From assembly GCA_963663405.2 (NCBI GenBank), contig CAXXSM010000089.1:1-64000 (forward strand): DNA of 64,000 nucleotides. The letters run 5' to 3'. The notes under the pieces were generated by a model that had not been told where the DNA came from, made no database searches, and worked only from the letters and a program-made list of their open reading frames with translations. This document shows, piece after piece, positions 29,993 through 40,758 of the stretch (position 1 is its first letter; each line of letters starts with the position of its first letter). Source of the stretch: a bacterium. Its GTDB lineage: Bacteria > Hinthialibacterota > Hinthialibacteria > Hinthialibacterales > Hinthialibacteraceae. The position numbers and the translations under genes are program-made.

Positions 29993-32540
29993 ATGATTGA
30001 AGCGTATCTGCAGCACAAAGCCGAACGGGAAAAACTTGGTATCCCCCCGCTTCCCATCAACGCGGAACAGATGGAAGACCTTTGTAAATTACTCCAGAAT
30101 CCTCCTTCCGGTCAGGAGGATTTTCTTCTGAGTTTATTAACAGACCGTGTCCCTCCCGGTGTCGACCCCGCCGCTGGAGTGAAAGCCGCGTTTCTCGCCC
30201 AAATCGCGAAAGGAGAGGTAAAGTCTCCTCTAATCGATTCCATCCGCGCCGTGGAACTGCTTGGCACAATGCTGGGTGGCTATAACATCGATCCGTTAAT
30301 TGAGTTTCTCAGCGCTGACGCGCTTGCGGAAACCGCCGCGAAGGCGCTCTCCCAAACACTTCTGATCTTTGGCAATTTCGACACAGTGAAAGAACTGGCT
30401 GATAACGGAAATCCTCACGCCAAGAGCGTTGTCGAATCGTGGATGGAAGCGGAATGGTTCCAGAAAAAACCAGCGCTGCCCGATCGAATGGAACTCACTG
30501 TCTTTAAAGTGGATGGTGAGATCAACACCGACGATTTTTCTCCCGCCCTCCATGCGGCCACCCGGCCGGATATTCCGCTTCACGCGCTCGCGATGGGCGA
30601 ATCCAGCTTCCCAGGCGGCATCGAGACGATCGCCGAATACCGGTCGCAAGGACGCCAAATCGCGTTTGTAGGAGACGTGGTCGGCACCGGCTCATCGAGA
30701 AAATCCGCTTGCAATTCTTTGATCTGGCATATTGGAGAGGATATCCCCTGCGTGCCGAATAAACGCCGGGGAGGCGTAATCATCGGCGGGCAAATCGCGC
30801 CGATCTTTTTCAACACCGCCGAAGATTCCGGCGCGCTGCCGATTCGATGTGATGTCTCGAAACTCAACACGGGCGATCAAATTCACATACTTCCCAAAGA
30901 AGGGAAGATCACAAATCCAAACGGGGAAACGCTGGCCGAATTTGAACTCTTCCCGAACACGATCGGGGATGAATACCGCGCTGGCGGGCGTGTCAATTTA
31001 ATCATTGGACGTGATCTCACCAACAAAGCGCGCACATCCTGTGGAAAGGAAGAAAGCGAATTATTCGTCAAATCCGTCTTTGTCCAGAAAGAGGGCGTTG
31101 GATACACCTTGGCGCAGAAAATCATCGGCAAAGCCTGTGATGTGGAAGGAATCCACCCCGGTACCGCTTGCACGCCCCTCATGACAACCGTCGGTTCCCA
31201 AGATACGACCGGTCCCATGACCGCCGATGAATTGAAGGAACTCGCGTGTCTTAAATTCAACGCCGATCTGGTTATGCAGTCATTCTGCCATACCGCCGCC
31301 TACCCTAAAGCGGCGGATATTAAAACTCACGCCGAATTACCGAAGTTCTTCACCGAACGGGGCGGCGTCGCGCTTCAACCGGGCGATGGGATTATTCACA
31401 GCTGGTTGAACCGCATGATCCTTCCCGATACTGTCGGCACCGGCGGCGATTCGCATACCCGTTTCCCCCTCGGAATTTCGTTCCCCGCCGGATCGGGCCT
31501 AGTCGCGTTCGCGGCGGCGTTGGGAATGATGCCCCTTGAAGTTCCCAACTCTGTCCTGGTACGGTTCAAAGGGGAACTGCGTCCTGGAATCACGCTGAGA
31601 GACGTTGTCAACGCGATCCCTTACCGGGCTATTCAAGAAGGCTTGTTGACAGTTGAGAAAAAAGGGAAGAAGAACATTTTCAACGGCCGCATCGTTGAGA
31701 TGGAAGGGCTTCCCGATTTGAAATGTGAACAGGCGTTTGAATTGACCGACGCCACCGCCGAACGCAGCGCCGCGGGCAGCACGATCAAACTCGGTGTGGA
31801 AACCATCTCCGAATACCTGCGCAGCAACGTCACATTATTAAAATCCATGATCGCGAAAGGCTACCAGAACGCCGAAACCATGAAACGGCGCATCGCGAAA
31901 ATGGAGGAATGGCTGGCGAATCCTGTCCTAATGGAGCGCGATGGAAAACGCGGAATACGAAGCGATTCTCGACGTCGATCTGAATGAGATCACCGAACCC
32001 ATCGTCGCATGTCCCAACGATCCGGATGATGTTAAACTCCTCTCTGAAGTGGCGGGCGACCCGGTTCAAGATGTGTTTATTGGCTCGTGCATGACAAACA
32101 TCGGTCATTTCCGCGCGGCGGCGAGAATTCTGGAAGACGGCCCCCCCTGCCCACTGCGTCTTTGGGTCTGTCCACCAACACGCATGGACGAAGCCCAGCT
32201 GCGGGAAGAGGGAATCTATTCCACCTTCGGCAAAGTGAACGCGCGCATGGAAATGCCGGGCTGTTCACTCTGCATGGGGAATCAAGCGCGAGTCTTGGAA
32301 GGTTCGACGGTCTTCTCAACCTCCACCCGCAATTTCGACAACCGCATGGGCAAAAACGCCCGCGTCTACCTCGGCTCAGCCGAGCTCGCCGCGGTCACAG
32401 CCCAAATGGGCAAAATCCCCACACCGGCTGAATACATGAGCGCCGTCGTCGACAAAATCAAACCCGTTGAGGATGAACTGTATAGGTATTTGAATTTTGA
32501 TGAGATTCCTAAATATATTGAATTGGCGGATCGAGTGTAG
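29993..32540 (+). CDS. acnB: Aconitate hydratase B (one frameshift near 31943, probably a sequencing error)
   Basis: [27 protein letters not shown], then [22 protein letters not shown] in the next frame. An extra G splits ..RDENAEY. Confidence 0.93.
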
Positions 32541-32664
32541 GAGAAGGTAAATAGACAGAAGACTGACTCAAGCCAGTGAGGATAATATTTGCGGTGTTTT
32601 AAGGAAAGATCACACAAAGGGAATATATGGCTGCATTAGTGGTCAACATAACAGGATATTCAAC

Positions 32665-33117
32665 ATGGCAAACATACAAAAGAAACATTCCAAAAAATGT
32701 TTGGGTGGCAAAGAAGAACAAATGTCTGACTTTGCAAAAGCCTTTCTCGTCATTGGGGTACTCGGTCTTTTTGCTTGTCTTTTACTTTTAGGAAGAGAAG
32801 ATGGATTGTTCCAATTTTGGATCGCCTTGGGTATCGGTTGTTTTATTCAGGGATTATTTTTTTTCATTATCTTAAGTTTTGGAGCGGAAATAATAAGACT
32901 TCTCAAAAAATTAAATGGGCTTCCTTTTGGAGGTGAAATTTCAGGAAAATTTATTACTTGTCACATTTTTCAATGTTCTGAGTGCAAAACACAAATTACA
33001 AAAGAAAAAGTGCCTTTATCTGATAAGGAAAGATGGCCTAGAAAATGTCAAAATTGCGGAGTCGAATTTGCCAAAGATGAAGAAGCTAACATCATTATTC
33101 TGGAAAAGGAAAAATAG
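32665..33117 (+). CDS. Low-GC hypothetical membrane protein with Zn-ribbon
   Basis: Two TM segments; CSEC...CQNC. Confidence 0.6.
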   Translation: MANIQKKHSKKCLGGKEEQMSDFAKAFLVIGVLGLFACLLLLGREDGLFQFWIALGIGCFIQGLFFFIILSFGAEIIRLLKKLNGLPFGGEISGKFITCHIFQCSECKTQITKEKVPLSDKERWPRKCQNCGVEFAKDEEANIIILEKEK

Positions 33118-33130
33118 TCATGTAGTTATT

Positions 33131-33208
33131 AAAGGGTAGATCTCGCTTTACCGATCCATCATAATAATTGATTAATTCGGCGCTTCAGAAATACGCGATC
33201 CACCCTAA
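33131..33208 (+). repeat. REP-like family A inverted doublet (REPIN-like)
   Basis: AGGGTAGATCTCGCTTTACCGATCCATC ... CGCGATCCACCCT; relatives at 36990 and 47127. Confidence 0.65.
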
Positions 33209-33248
33209 GGCCTGATAGACTGAAGGAAAGGCCTTCGGCCTTGGATGT

Positions 33249-33396
33249 TTGTCTGAATTAGGATGGTCAGGATTGAAGGATGACCAGGATTTTTTTTTAA
33301 TCCTTGATTCAACGTTCCACTATTCAATAAGAAGAACAACGGAACTTAATGATATCCTGAATATCCTTTAATCTAGGCTATCCAGAATTCAGACAA
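33249..33396 (+). mobile_element. MITE-like element with TTGTCTGAA/TTCAGACAA termini
   Basis: Terminal inverted repeats, internal AGGAT/ATCCT iterations; aligns along its length with 36808-36977. Confidence 0.7.
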
Positions 33397-33482
33397 TGAT
33401 ATAGTACTATATCTATTGCTATTCCTTCATTGATAGCCACAGGAAAGATATAGCATAAAGAAAAACTCCCGGAGTTATCAGA

Positions 33483-34724
33483 ATGGCAACCATCGAAGGT
33501 ATCTTTGTAAAAAACTATCGCGTTCTTAAACGTATAGAATTCGGTAAAAACAATATATCATTCTGTTGTAGAACCTTTAACATCACGTATCAGCAATTAT
33601 AGGCAAAAATGGAGTTGGAAAGAGTACGCTTTTTGATGTATTTGGTTTCCTTTCTGATTGTATGGAAATGGGAGTAGAAGAAAAGCAAGTGAACTAAAAA
33701 CGCGAGGTGGTTATAGGCGACTTGTTTCAAATAATGAGATGAACAAAATCCATCTCGGAATTCGGTATCGCGAATCAGAAAAAACATTGCCTATAAACTA
33801 TATATTGACTATTAAATTAGACCAAGATGAAAGACCATATGTTGATTCGGAGCTATATATCAAATTGATTATATTAAGCCATTTGAAGAACAAGAAAGAG
33901 AACTCGATGATCAATAATGTAATTCTTGAACTCACAAAGGGTAAAGGCGCTGTTTCTTTTGGAGATTCAAATTCTTCAAAAGAAGATTTAGAAATAGAAT
34001 TATCCGATATTCGACAATTAGGCATCTCTACATTAGGTTTATTAAAAGAACACCCACGAATTGTCAACTTTCGAAATTTTATACAAAACTGGTATCTTTC
34101 TTACTTCACCCCCAACGCGGCGCGAACACTCCCAATTAGCGGCCCCCTAAAAGCGTCTCAATCGAGAAGGTAGTAATCTGGGCAACGTCGTCCAATACAT
34201 GGAACGCAATCACCCAGACCGGTTTCAATCGATCCTTGACCGCATCGCGGAGCGTATTCCAGGCGTTCAAAAGATTCGGACGGTTGAATCGCCTGACGGG
34301 CGGCTGCTTCTGCAATTCAACGACCGGGGATTTCAAGATCCATTCTACGCGCAGCAGATGTCAGATGGCACATTGAAACTCTTCGCGTATCTTCTTCTGC
34401 TCGAAGCCCCCCGACCCTCCTTCCTTAATCTGTATCGAAGAGCCGGAAAATTATCTTTATCACAAACTGCTCGAAACATTGGCGCAGGAATTCAGGGAAC
34501 ACGCTTCGGAAAAGAAACAGACGTCTCAAATGATCGTGACAACCCATCAACCTTATTTTCGTAGACGCATTGACTCCAGAAGAGGTATGGATTTTAGAAA
34601 AAAGGAGAAGATGGATTCGCCAAAATCCGTCGAGCGAGTGATGATCCCATTGTGAAAGCGATGGTAGAAGAAGGGCAACCGCTGGGGCAGTTTATGGTAC
34701 AGCGATTATCTGGATAAGGAGTAA
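33483..34724 (+). pseudogene. AAA_21 (ABC-fold) ATPase, multiply frameshifted
   Basis: Pieced across frames: VKNYRVLK, GKNGVGKST, MSDGT, ICIEEPEN, VTTHQPY, LWYSDYL; about 7 single-base indels. Confidence 0.8.
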
Positions 34725-34730
34725 CGCCAA

Positions 34731-35391
34731 GTGCATTTTGAAATTCTTGTTGAAGGCAAAAATGAGATTAAAGCGTTAAATCCAATCCTATCGAAAATTC
34801 TTGGTCCACGGTATAAATACCATAGTTGGAAAATACGGCCTCATGAAGGAAAAGGAAATCTTCCAAGAAATCCTGAAGAAAAACCCAATCGAAAAAATCG
34901 CACACTTCTTCACAATCTTCCTTCTAAACTCCGGCGCATATGGAAGCAGCCTTCAATCAGACTCTGCCGTAATTGTGCTCTTCGATCTCGATAAGGATGA
35001 CTGCTATCAGTTGAAAAGTGATTTATTACAGTTGCTTGACTATTGCGATCCAGCGCCGGTCACGCTATTTCGAATTGCAATCGAAGAATTGGAAGCGTTG
35101 TTTCTCGGAGATCGTAAAGCGCTTTTTGAAGCTTTTCCTAATGCGAATGAATCCAAGTATAAAACATATAAACAGGATTCAATTTGTGGGACATGGGAAT
35201 TTTTCGCGGAAATTGTTTTCCCTGAAGGTGAGCAATCTTTACGAAATAAAGGATGGGGCTGCTGTGTTGAATGAAAAAGGAAAATGGGCGAAGAACATCG
35301 CTCCTAAAATGGATGTAGACAACAACCGGTCACCAGTTTCCGCGCGTTTCGTGATGGGTTGAAGCGGCTCTTAAAATTACAGGAGAAATAG
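34731..35391 (+). pseudogene. DUF4276-like (TOPRIM-related) partner protein, frameshifted
   Basis: HFEILVEG, HEGKG, VIVLFDLDKDDC, IAIEELEA, DSICGTWE, NRSPSF; about 3 indels. Confidence 0.75.
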
Positions 35392-35453
35392 ACGGCGCGA
35401 ACGTTTGCTTCATCCCAATTATTTCACTTTTCGGAACAAAGGATTCCACCCCA

Positions 35454-36740
35454 ATGAAAAATAAACCCATCGCAAGACGGCGGCTTTTACTGCACTCTGC
35501 AGCCGGTACAGCGTTGATTGCGGCGCCCTGTGTCGTACGCGGGATCGAATCGAACTCTCACTCTACAGTAGAATGCGCGGACGATACAAACATTACGACA
35601 GAAGCGGAGGTTCTGGTCATTGGTGGTGGCACGGCTGGTACGATCGCCGCAATTCAGGCCGCTCGAACCGGCGCAAAAACAGTTCTTATCGAACGGGGCA
35701 GCCAACTTGGAGGCACAATGACTGTGGGGGGCGTTGCCTTTCCCGGATTATTCCACGCATGGGGGAAACAGATTATCGCCGGCATTGGGTGGGAATTGGT
35801 TCGTGAAACCGTTGTGATGGACCAAGGGAAACTTCCTGATTTCACTGAAACACCATCCCGGCACTGGCATCACCAAGTACATATCAACCAGTTTCTATAT
35901 GCGCTGCTTGCGGAAGAGAAGTGTTTGGATGCGGGGGTAACCATTGTTTACTACGAATTCCCACTGTCGATTAAGAAACTACCGGATGAGTGGATGGTCG
36001 AAACGGTTGGACCCGGAACACGCCGTCAGATAACCTGCAAGCAACTGATCGACTGTACCGGCGGCGCTGACGTGGTTGGAATGCTCAAAATGCCCCGGCT
36101 CCGTGAGGAAGAAACTCAACCCGGATCGCTGTTGTTCAAATGTGGCGGCGCTTATAACCCAGGACGAGAACAACTCGAAGCGGTTTACGTTCATGGAGCG
36201 GATTCTTCAACCTCCGTAACGCGAACAGAAGCAAATCTTACTGGACGTCAAGCGATATTGAAACAGTTACGTCAGAAACAGACGCAAGCCGATGCGCGCT
36301 CGCGTTTAATACAGATGCAGCCTGAAGCGGCCATTCGAGAAAGTTACCGTATTCTCGGTGAGACTGTTATTACCCACACGGACTACACTTCCGGCCGCTT
36401 GTTCAACGATGCTGTCTGTTATGCTTTCTATCCAGTCGACCTGCACACACGGCAAGGCGTTAAACCCAAGCCTTTGGCCGAGGGGGTCGTTCCAACGGTG
36501 CCATTGAGAGCGTTAGTACCAAAGAACAGCCGCAACATTATCGTGGCAGGGCGATGTGTATCGAGCGACAGACTGGCAAACTCGGGCTTGCGTGTACAAG
36601 CTTCCTGTATGGCCATGGGACAGGCCGCCGGCGCCGCCGCGGCTCTAGCCGCACAGCAGGAGTCGACCCCTCTTGAAGTTCCTTTAGAAGACATCCGGCG
36701 GCTGCTGCGAAAAAATGGAGCGATCGTACCCCATTCGTAA
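35454..36740 (+). CDS. FAD-dependent oxidoreductase, Tat-like signal
   Basis: VIGGGTAG, IDCTGGAD, VAGRCVS...RVQASCMAMGQAAG. Confidence 0.9.
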   Translation: MKNKPIARRRLLLHSAAGTALIAAPCVVRGIESNSHSTVECADDTNITTEAEVLVIGGGTAGTIAAIQAARTGAKTVLIERGSQLGGTMTVGGVAFPGLFHAWGKQIIAGIGWELVRETVVMDQGKLPDFTETPSRHWHHQVHINQFLYALLAEEKCLDAGVTIVYYEFPLSIKKLPDEWMVETVGPGTRRQITCKQLIDCTGGADVVGMLKMPRLREEETQPGSLLFKCGGAYNPGREQLEAVYVHGADSSTSVTRTEANLTGRQAILKQLRQKQTQADARSRLIQMQPEAAIRESYRILGETVITHTDYTSGRLFNDAVCYAFYPVDLHTRQGVKPKPLAEGVVPTVPLRALVPKNSRNIIVAGRCVSSDRLANSGLRVQASCMAMGQAAGAAAALAAQQESTPLEVPLEDIRRLLRKNGAIVPHS

Positions 36741-36766
36741 ACAGGCATAAAGGTTGGATGGATTTA

Positions 36767-36800
36767 GCCAGGACAGATGAAAAACCTTGCCCTGAGCCCA
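36767..36800 (-). repeat. REP-like family B, degenerate
   Basis: Minus strand reads GGGCTCAGGGCAAGGTTTTTCATCTGTCCTGGC. Confidence 0.55.
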
Positions 36801-36807
36801 TGCGTAT

Positions 36808-36977
36808 TTGTCTGAATCAGGTAAGACCGAGCAGCTGCGAGGGCTGCTTTAACAGGATTAAAGGATGGCCAGGATTTTTACTATTTTGATTCCACGTTTC
36901 GCCATTCAATAAGAAGAATAACAGTACTTAATAATATCCTGAATATCTTTTCATCCTGGTTATCCTGATTCAGACAA
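36808..36977 (+). mobile_element. MITE-like element, second full copy with a small internal insertion
   Basis: Same termini and internal ATTCAATAAGAAGAA core as 33249-33396. Confidence 0.7.
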
Positions 36978-36989
36978 TAATATTGGCAC

Positions 36990-37037
36990 GCAGGGTGGAT
37001 CACGCTTTACCGGCCCACCGATAATTATTGATTGATT
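36990..37037 (+). repeat. REP-like family A
   Basis: GCAGGGTGGATCACGCTTTACCGGCCCACC plus an AT-rich tail shared with the 33131 copy. Confidence 0.65.
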
Positions 37038-37541
37038 CTACGGGACGATCCGCACACAGGTCTCAGACACACCGCTTGTCAGAACCATAAGAGCTTCCTC
37101 GACAGTCAGTTCGACACTCGGAATTTTCTTTTCGGGGCAGAGGTCCGCGAGGGGGCGCAGGACAAATTCCCGCTTGAGCATACGGGGATGTGGGACACGC
37201 AGGCGGGATTCGTGGATGATCTCATCTCCATAAAGCAGGATATCCAGATCGACGGTGCGGGATTCATAATGGATCAAATGAGAGCGAGTTCTCCCAAGGG
37301 CTTCTTCAATTTGAAGCAACTGTTCGATCAACGCCTTTGGGGGACATTGCGTCTCGATCTCGGCGGCGCCGTTGAGAAAAAACGGCGCGTCGTCCGGCAT
37401 CCCGACCGGAGCCGTTTTATAGAGGGGAGAGACACGCAGAACCTTTGTCTCATCGATCAGCGCGACGCGTTCGAGAGCGCGGTTAATGTTTTTTCTCCGG
37501 TCTCCCAGATTTGATCCCAAGGCGATATAAACAAGAGCCAT
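37038..37541 (-). CDS. folK: 2-amino-4-hydroxy-6-hydroxymethyldihydropteridine diphosphokinase
   Basis: YIALGSNLG, RTVDLDIL, PHPRM..REFVL. Confidence 0.95.
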   Translation of the reverse strand: MALVYIALGSNLGDRRKNINRALERVALIDETKVLRVSPLYKTAPVGMPDDAPFFLNGAAEIETQCPPKALIEQLLQIEEALGRTRSHLIHYESRTVDLDILLYGDEIIHESRLRVPHPRMLKREFVLRPLADLCPEKKIPSVELTVEEALMVLTSGVSETCVRIVP

Positions 37542-37697
37542 CTTCTTATTCCTTTCCGATAAGTGTAGAATCCTTCCCACTTTTGTAAACTTGTCTGGAG
37601 AGTGAAAAATGCGCGCGCCTTCTCTCTCCCTTGTCGAAATCGGGTTTTTGTAAAAACATGAATGTGGGGTAAACCACTTTTTTTGGAGGATCGGCTG

Positions 37698-40600
37698 ATG
37701 ATAACGAACTTGGGAATCGCTTTTCTTTTGACAATCACGGGAACGCCGGGAGTTTTACTCACGAACGGTGAATTCGAATCCGGTCAGATTGTAGACGAAG
37801 CCTTCGTCCCTGACGGATGGACGGCTCCGGCGGAAAACGGGGGAACGGCGGCGGGATATGAATCAGAGCGCTGTGTGACGGTAATGGGATTCGGTTCGGA
37901 TGAAGCCGCTTGGCTCTCCGATCCAATGGATGTGAAAGCGGGGGAAATATATGAATTCTCATTCTGGGGAAAAGCCAGTGGAAACGCGCAGGGAATCGCC
38001 GTCAGCGGCCCCACGTTCTGCAACCACGATTACCATTTGACCAACGAATGGAGCCGGTATTCCTTCGTTTTCCGTGTGCCCGAAAACGAAACCCAAGCCC
38101 GCTTCCGCGTGGGGCAGTGGCATGCGGAAGGCAAATTCTTCTTCGATAACGTCCGCGTGCAATCCGTGCAAGCGGTCCATATCCGGCGTGGAGATATGGA
38201 AATCGGCGTAGGAGAGCGGATTCATAAACAGACTTACGAAGCCTGCCACAGGATGTCTTCCGAAGGAGCCAACTACTGCCGATTTCTACAATCCATGACA
38301 ACGCGGTTCAATAGCCCCCGTCTGCTGTTCGACGATTCATCCAATGTTGTCTACCGCTATGAAATTCCAGACAACCCATTCACAAAGGCGTCCATCGAGA
38401 TCAATCTCAATCATCACACCGGCGGCGTCCTATCCTGTTTGGTCCGCAAAGAGGATGGCGCATGGCAGGAAATAGGAACATTGTCCGAGGTCTCATCCAA
38501 ATCGTTCCTCATTCCGGATTCGCTCCTTCCCGCCTCAGCTTTTGAAGTGAAATTGGAAGGAAAACAGGATGCGGATGGTCAGTGTGGTTTTCAGGTGGAC
38601 CGCTGTGATTTCAAAGGGGAACTGCAAACAGCCTGTGAACCTATACAAGGCGAAACCCGTTTTGTGAAAGTGATTCAAACCGATCCTGCATTGAGGGTAA
38701 AGATTCTTGAGATCCAAACGCCTATGCCTTTGGCTGAATTTTCAGTACCGGTTGAGATTGAAAACCTGTCAGATCGAGCAAGGTATTTTGAATTAAATAT
38801 TGTGTACAACAATAATATAATTCCTCAATTGTTTTCTTTAGAACCGAAGCAGAAACAAGTTGTTGATACAGGGATAATCGCTGTCAAAACCACGGGGAAA
38901 CATGAATTCCAGATTGTTGTGGAAGAGTACCTATCCACGGTGGACTCTACTTATCATAGTATTGATAGAGAATCCCCAAAAAGAAATATCATCTATCAGG
39001 CAATGTTCTCAATTAACATTCCTTTCCTTTATGCGGCGGATTACGGGCGTTTGATTGAGCAGAATGAAACAACCGCTGTCTGGTGGTGTCCAGGAACATA
39101 CAAAGTATCAAAAGAACGCCCCGCGCCCTGGTGGCGGAAGGATACGACCGTTCATCTCTCCGCGGCCCGTGGAGAATATGAGCCGGTTCAAATTGTGCTG
39201 CGGCCAAAGCGGTCTTTATCACTATTGGAGATCAATACATATGATCTTATCGGCCCATCCGGAGCCATTATTCCTAAAGGGAATATCTCTGTCAAACAAG
39301 TGGAATATGTAAACGTTCATCGTCCATCGGACGCGATTGGTTGCTTGGGAGATTGGCCCGATCCACTGCCGCCTGTTGAAGACATGCTTTCTCTTGAGAA
39401 AGACCGCAACTATCCTTTCTGGATCACGGTTCTTGTTCCCCGCGCCGTGTCCGCAGGAATTTACAAAGGAACCATCGAATTTTATTCAGCGGAATGGAGA
39501 GGAGTGGCGCCCATCCAGTTGCGCGTATACGATTTCGAAATTCCAAAACAGTTCAGCCTGCGCACAGCGTTCGGTTTCAGCCCAGGCTATCTGCGGCAGT
39601 ATCATCACCTGGAAACCGATGAGGAATTGGATGAAGTTTTCGACCTTTACATGCAGGATTTCCGCGATCACCGGATCTCTCCCTACGACCCCACGGCGCG
39701 GAACCGGATTGATTATGAATTGAAAACCAACGCGGACGGGAAAGAACATTTTACATTCGACTTCACCGATTTCGACAAAGCGGGAAAACGATACTTTGAC
39801 GAATTCGGTTTCAATGGTCTCCGTCTGGGTTTGGTGGGCATGGGATCGGGCACATTCCACAGCCGCCGCAAAGGCCGGATCGGCGATCACGAACAGGGAA
39901 CGCTTGAACACGAACGTCTGTTCAAAGAATACGCGTCCACAATCGAAAACCACCTTCGTGAAATGGGCTGGTTGAAACACGCTTATGTCTATTGGTTCGA
40001 TGAACCCTCGCCCAAGGATTACAAATTCGTCAAAGAAGGCATGGACATGATCCACCGCAACGCGCCGGGACTGACACGATTCCTCACCGAACAACCGGAA
40101 GAAGAAATGTTCGGCACGGTGGATATCTGGTGCCCTATTCTGGACGCGTTCGATCCGGAAATCTGCTTGGAACGGAAGAAAGAAGGAGAGAAATTCTGGT
40201 GGTATATCTGCACCGGACCGAAGGAACCGTATCCCGGTTTGTTCATCGACCATCACGCGATCGATTTCCGCATATGGCTGTGGATGACTCATCACTACTC
40301 GGTGGAAGGATGCCTGATCTGGCAGAGTAACTATTGGACCAGTTCCGTCGCCTTCCCCAGTCCGCAGTTACAAGATCCATACGAAGATCCAATGAGCTAT
40401 GTGACCGGCTATGGAAGGCCCGCCGGTTACATCGGCTATTGGGGCAATGGGGATGGGCGCTTCATCTATCCCCCGCGCGATTGGAAACAAGGCAAGAAGA
40501 TTATCGCCGGACCGGTCGATTCCATCCGCTGGGAAATTCTCCGTGAAGGGATCGAGGATTATGAATATTTCACATTAGTGAAACAGATTCTCAAAGAGAA

Positions 40601-40751
40601 GAACCTGTCACCCGAAGAACGAAAAACCGCGCAGGATCTATTGACAATCCCTGAAGAGATCATCAAATCACGAACCGAATTTACAAAAGATCCCCAATTG
40701 CTCTACGAGCGCCGCGAGCGATTGGCGGAATTTATCGAAAGTGTAAACTGA
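37698..40751 (+). CDS. Large secreted glycoside hydrolase-like protein (CBM4/9 + GH123/DUF4091-like)
   Basis: NGEFE CBM start; ARGEYEPVQ, WFDEP, WWYIC, GDGRFIYP, SIRWEILREGIEDYEY. Confidence 0.8.
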   Translation: MITNLGIAFLLTITGTPGVLLTNGEFESGQIVDEAFVPDGWTAPAENGGTAAGYESERCVTVMGFGSDEAAWLSDPMDVKAGEIYEFSFWGKASGNAQGIAVSGPTFCNHDYHLTNEWSRYSFVFRVPENETQARFRVGQWHAEGKFFFDNVRVQSVQAVHIRRGDMEIGVGERIHKQTYEACHRMSSEGANYCRFLQSMTTRFNSPRLLFDDSSNVVYRYEIPDNPFTKASIEINLNHHTGGVLSCLVRKEDGAWQEIGTLSEVSSKSFLIPDSLLPASAFEVKLEGKQDADGQCGFQVDRCDFKGELQTACEPIQGETRFVKVIQTDPALRVKILEIQTPMPLAEFSVPVEIENLSDRARYFELNIVYNNNIIPQLFSLEPKQKQVVDTGIIAVKTTGKHEFQIVVEEYLSTVDSTYHSIDRESPKRNIIYQAMFSINIPFLYAADYGRLIEQNETTAVWWCPGTYKVSKERPAPWWRKDTTVHLSAARGEYEPVQIVLRPKRSLSLLEINTYDLIGPSGAIIPKGNISVKQVEYVNVHRPSDAIGCLGDWPDPLPPVEDMLSLEKDRNYPFWITVLVPRAVSAGIYKGTIEFYSAEWRGVAPIQLRVYDFEIPKQFSLRTAFGFSPGYLRQYHHLETDEELDEVFDLYMQDFRDHRISPYDPTARNRIDYELKTNADGKEHFTFDFTDFDKAGKRYFDEFGFNGLRLGLVGMGSGTFHSRRKGRIGDHEQGTLEHERLFKEYASTIENHLREMGWLKHAYVYWFDEPSPKDYKFVKEGMDMIHRNAPGLTRFLTEQPEEEMFGTVDIWCPILDAFDPEICLERKKEGEKFWWYICTGPKEPYPGLFIDHHAIDFRIWLWMTHHYSVEGCLIWQSNYWTSSVAFPSPQLQDPYEDPMSYVTGYGRPAGYIGYWGNGDGRFIYPPRDWKQGKKIIAGPVDSIRWEILREGIEDYEYFTLVKQILKEKNLSPEERKTAQDLLTIPEEIIKSRTEFTKDPQLLYERRERLAEFIESVN

Positions 40752-40758
40752 ATAGAGT

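Noticed and set aside
29993-32540. acnB as a true pseudogene or programmed frameshift
   Set aside because: Single extra G, no slippery heptamer, all catalytic motifs intact; sequencing error is more likely.
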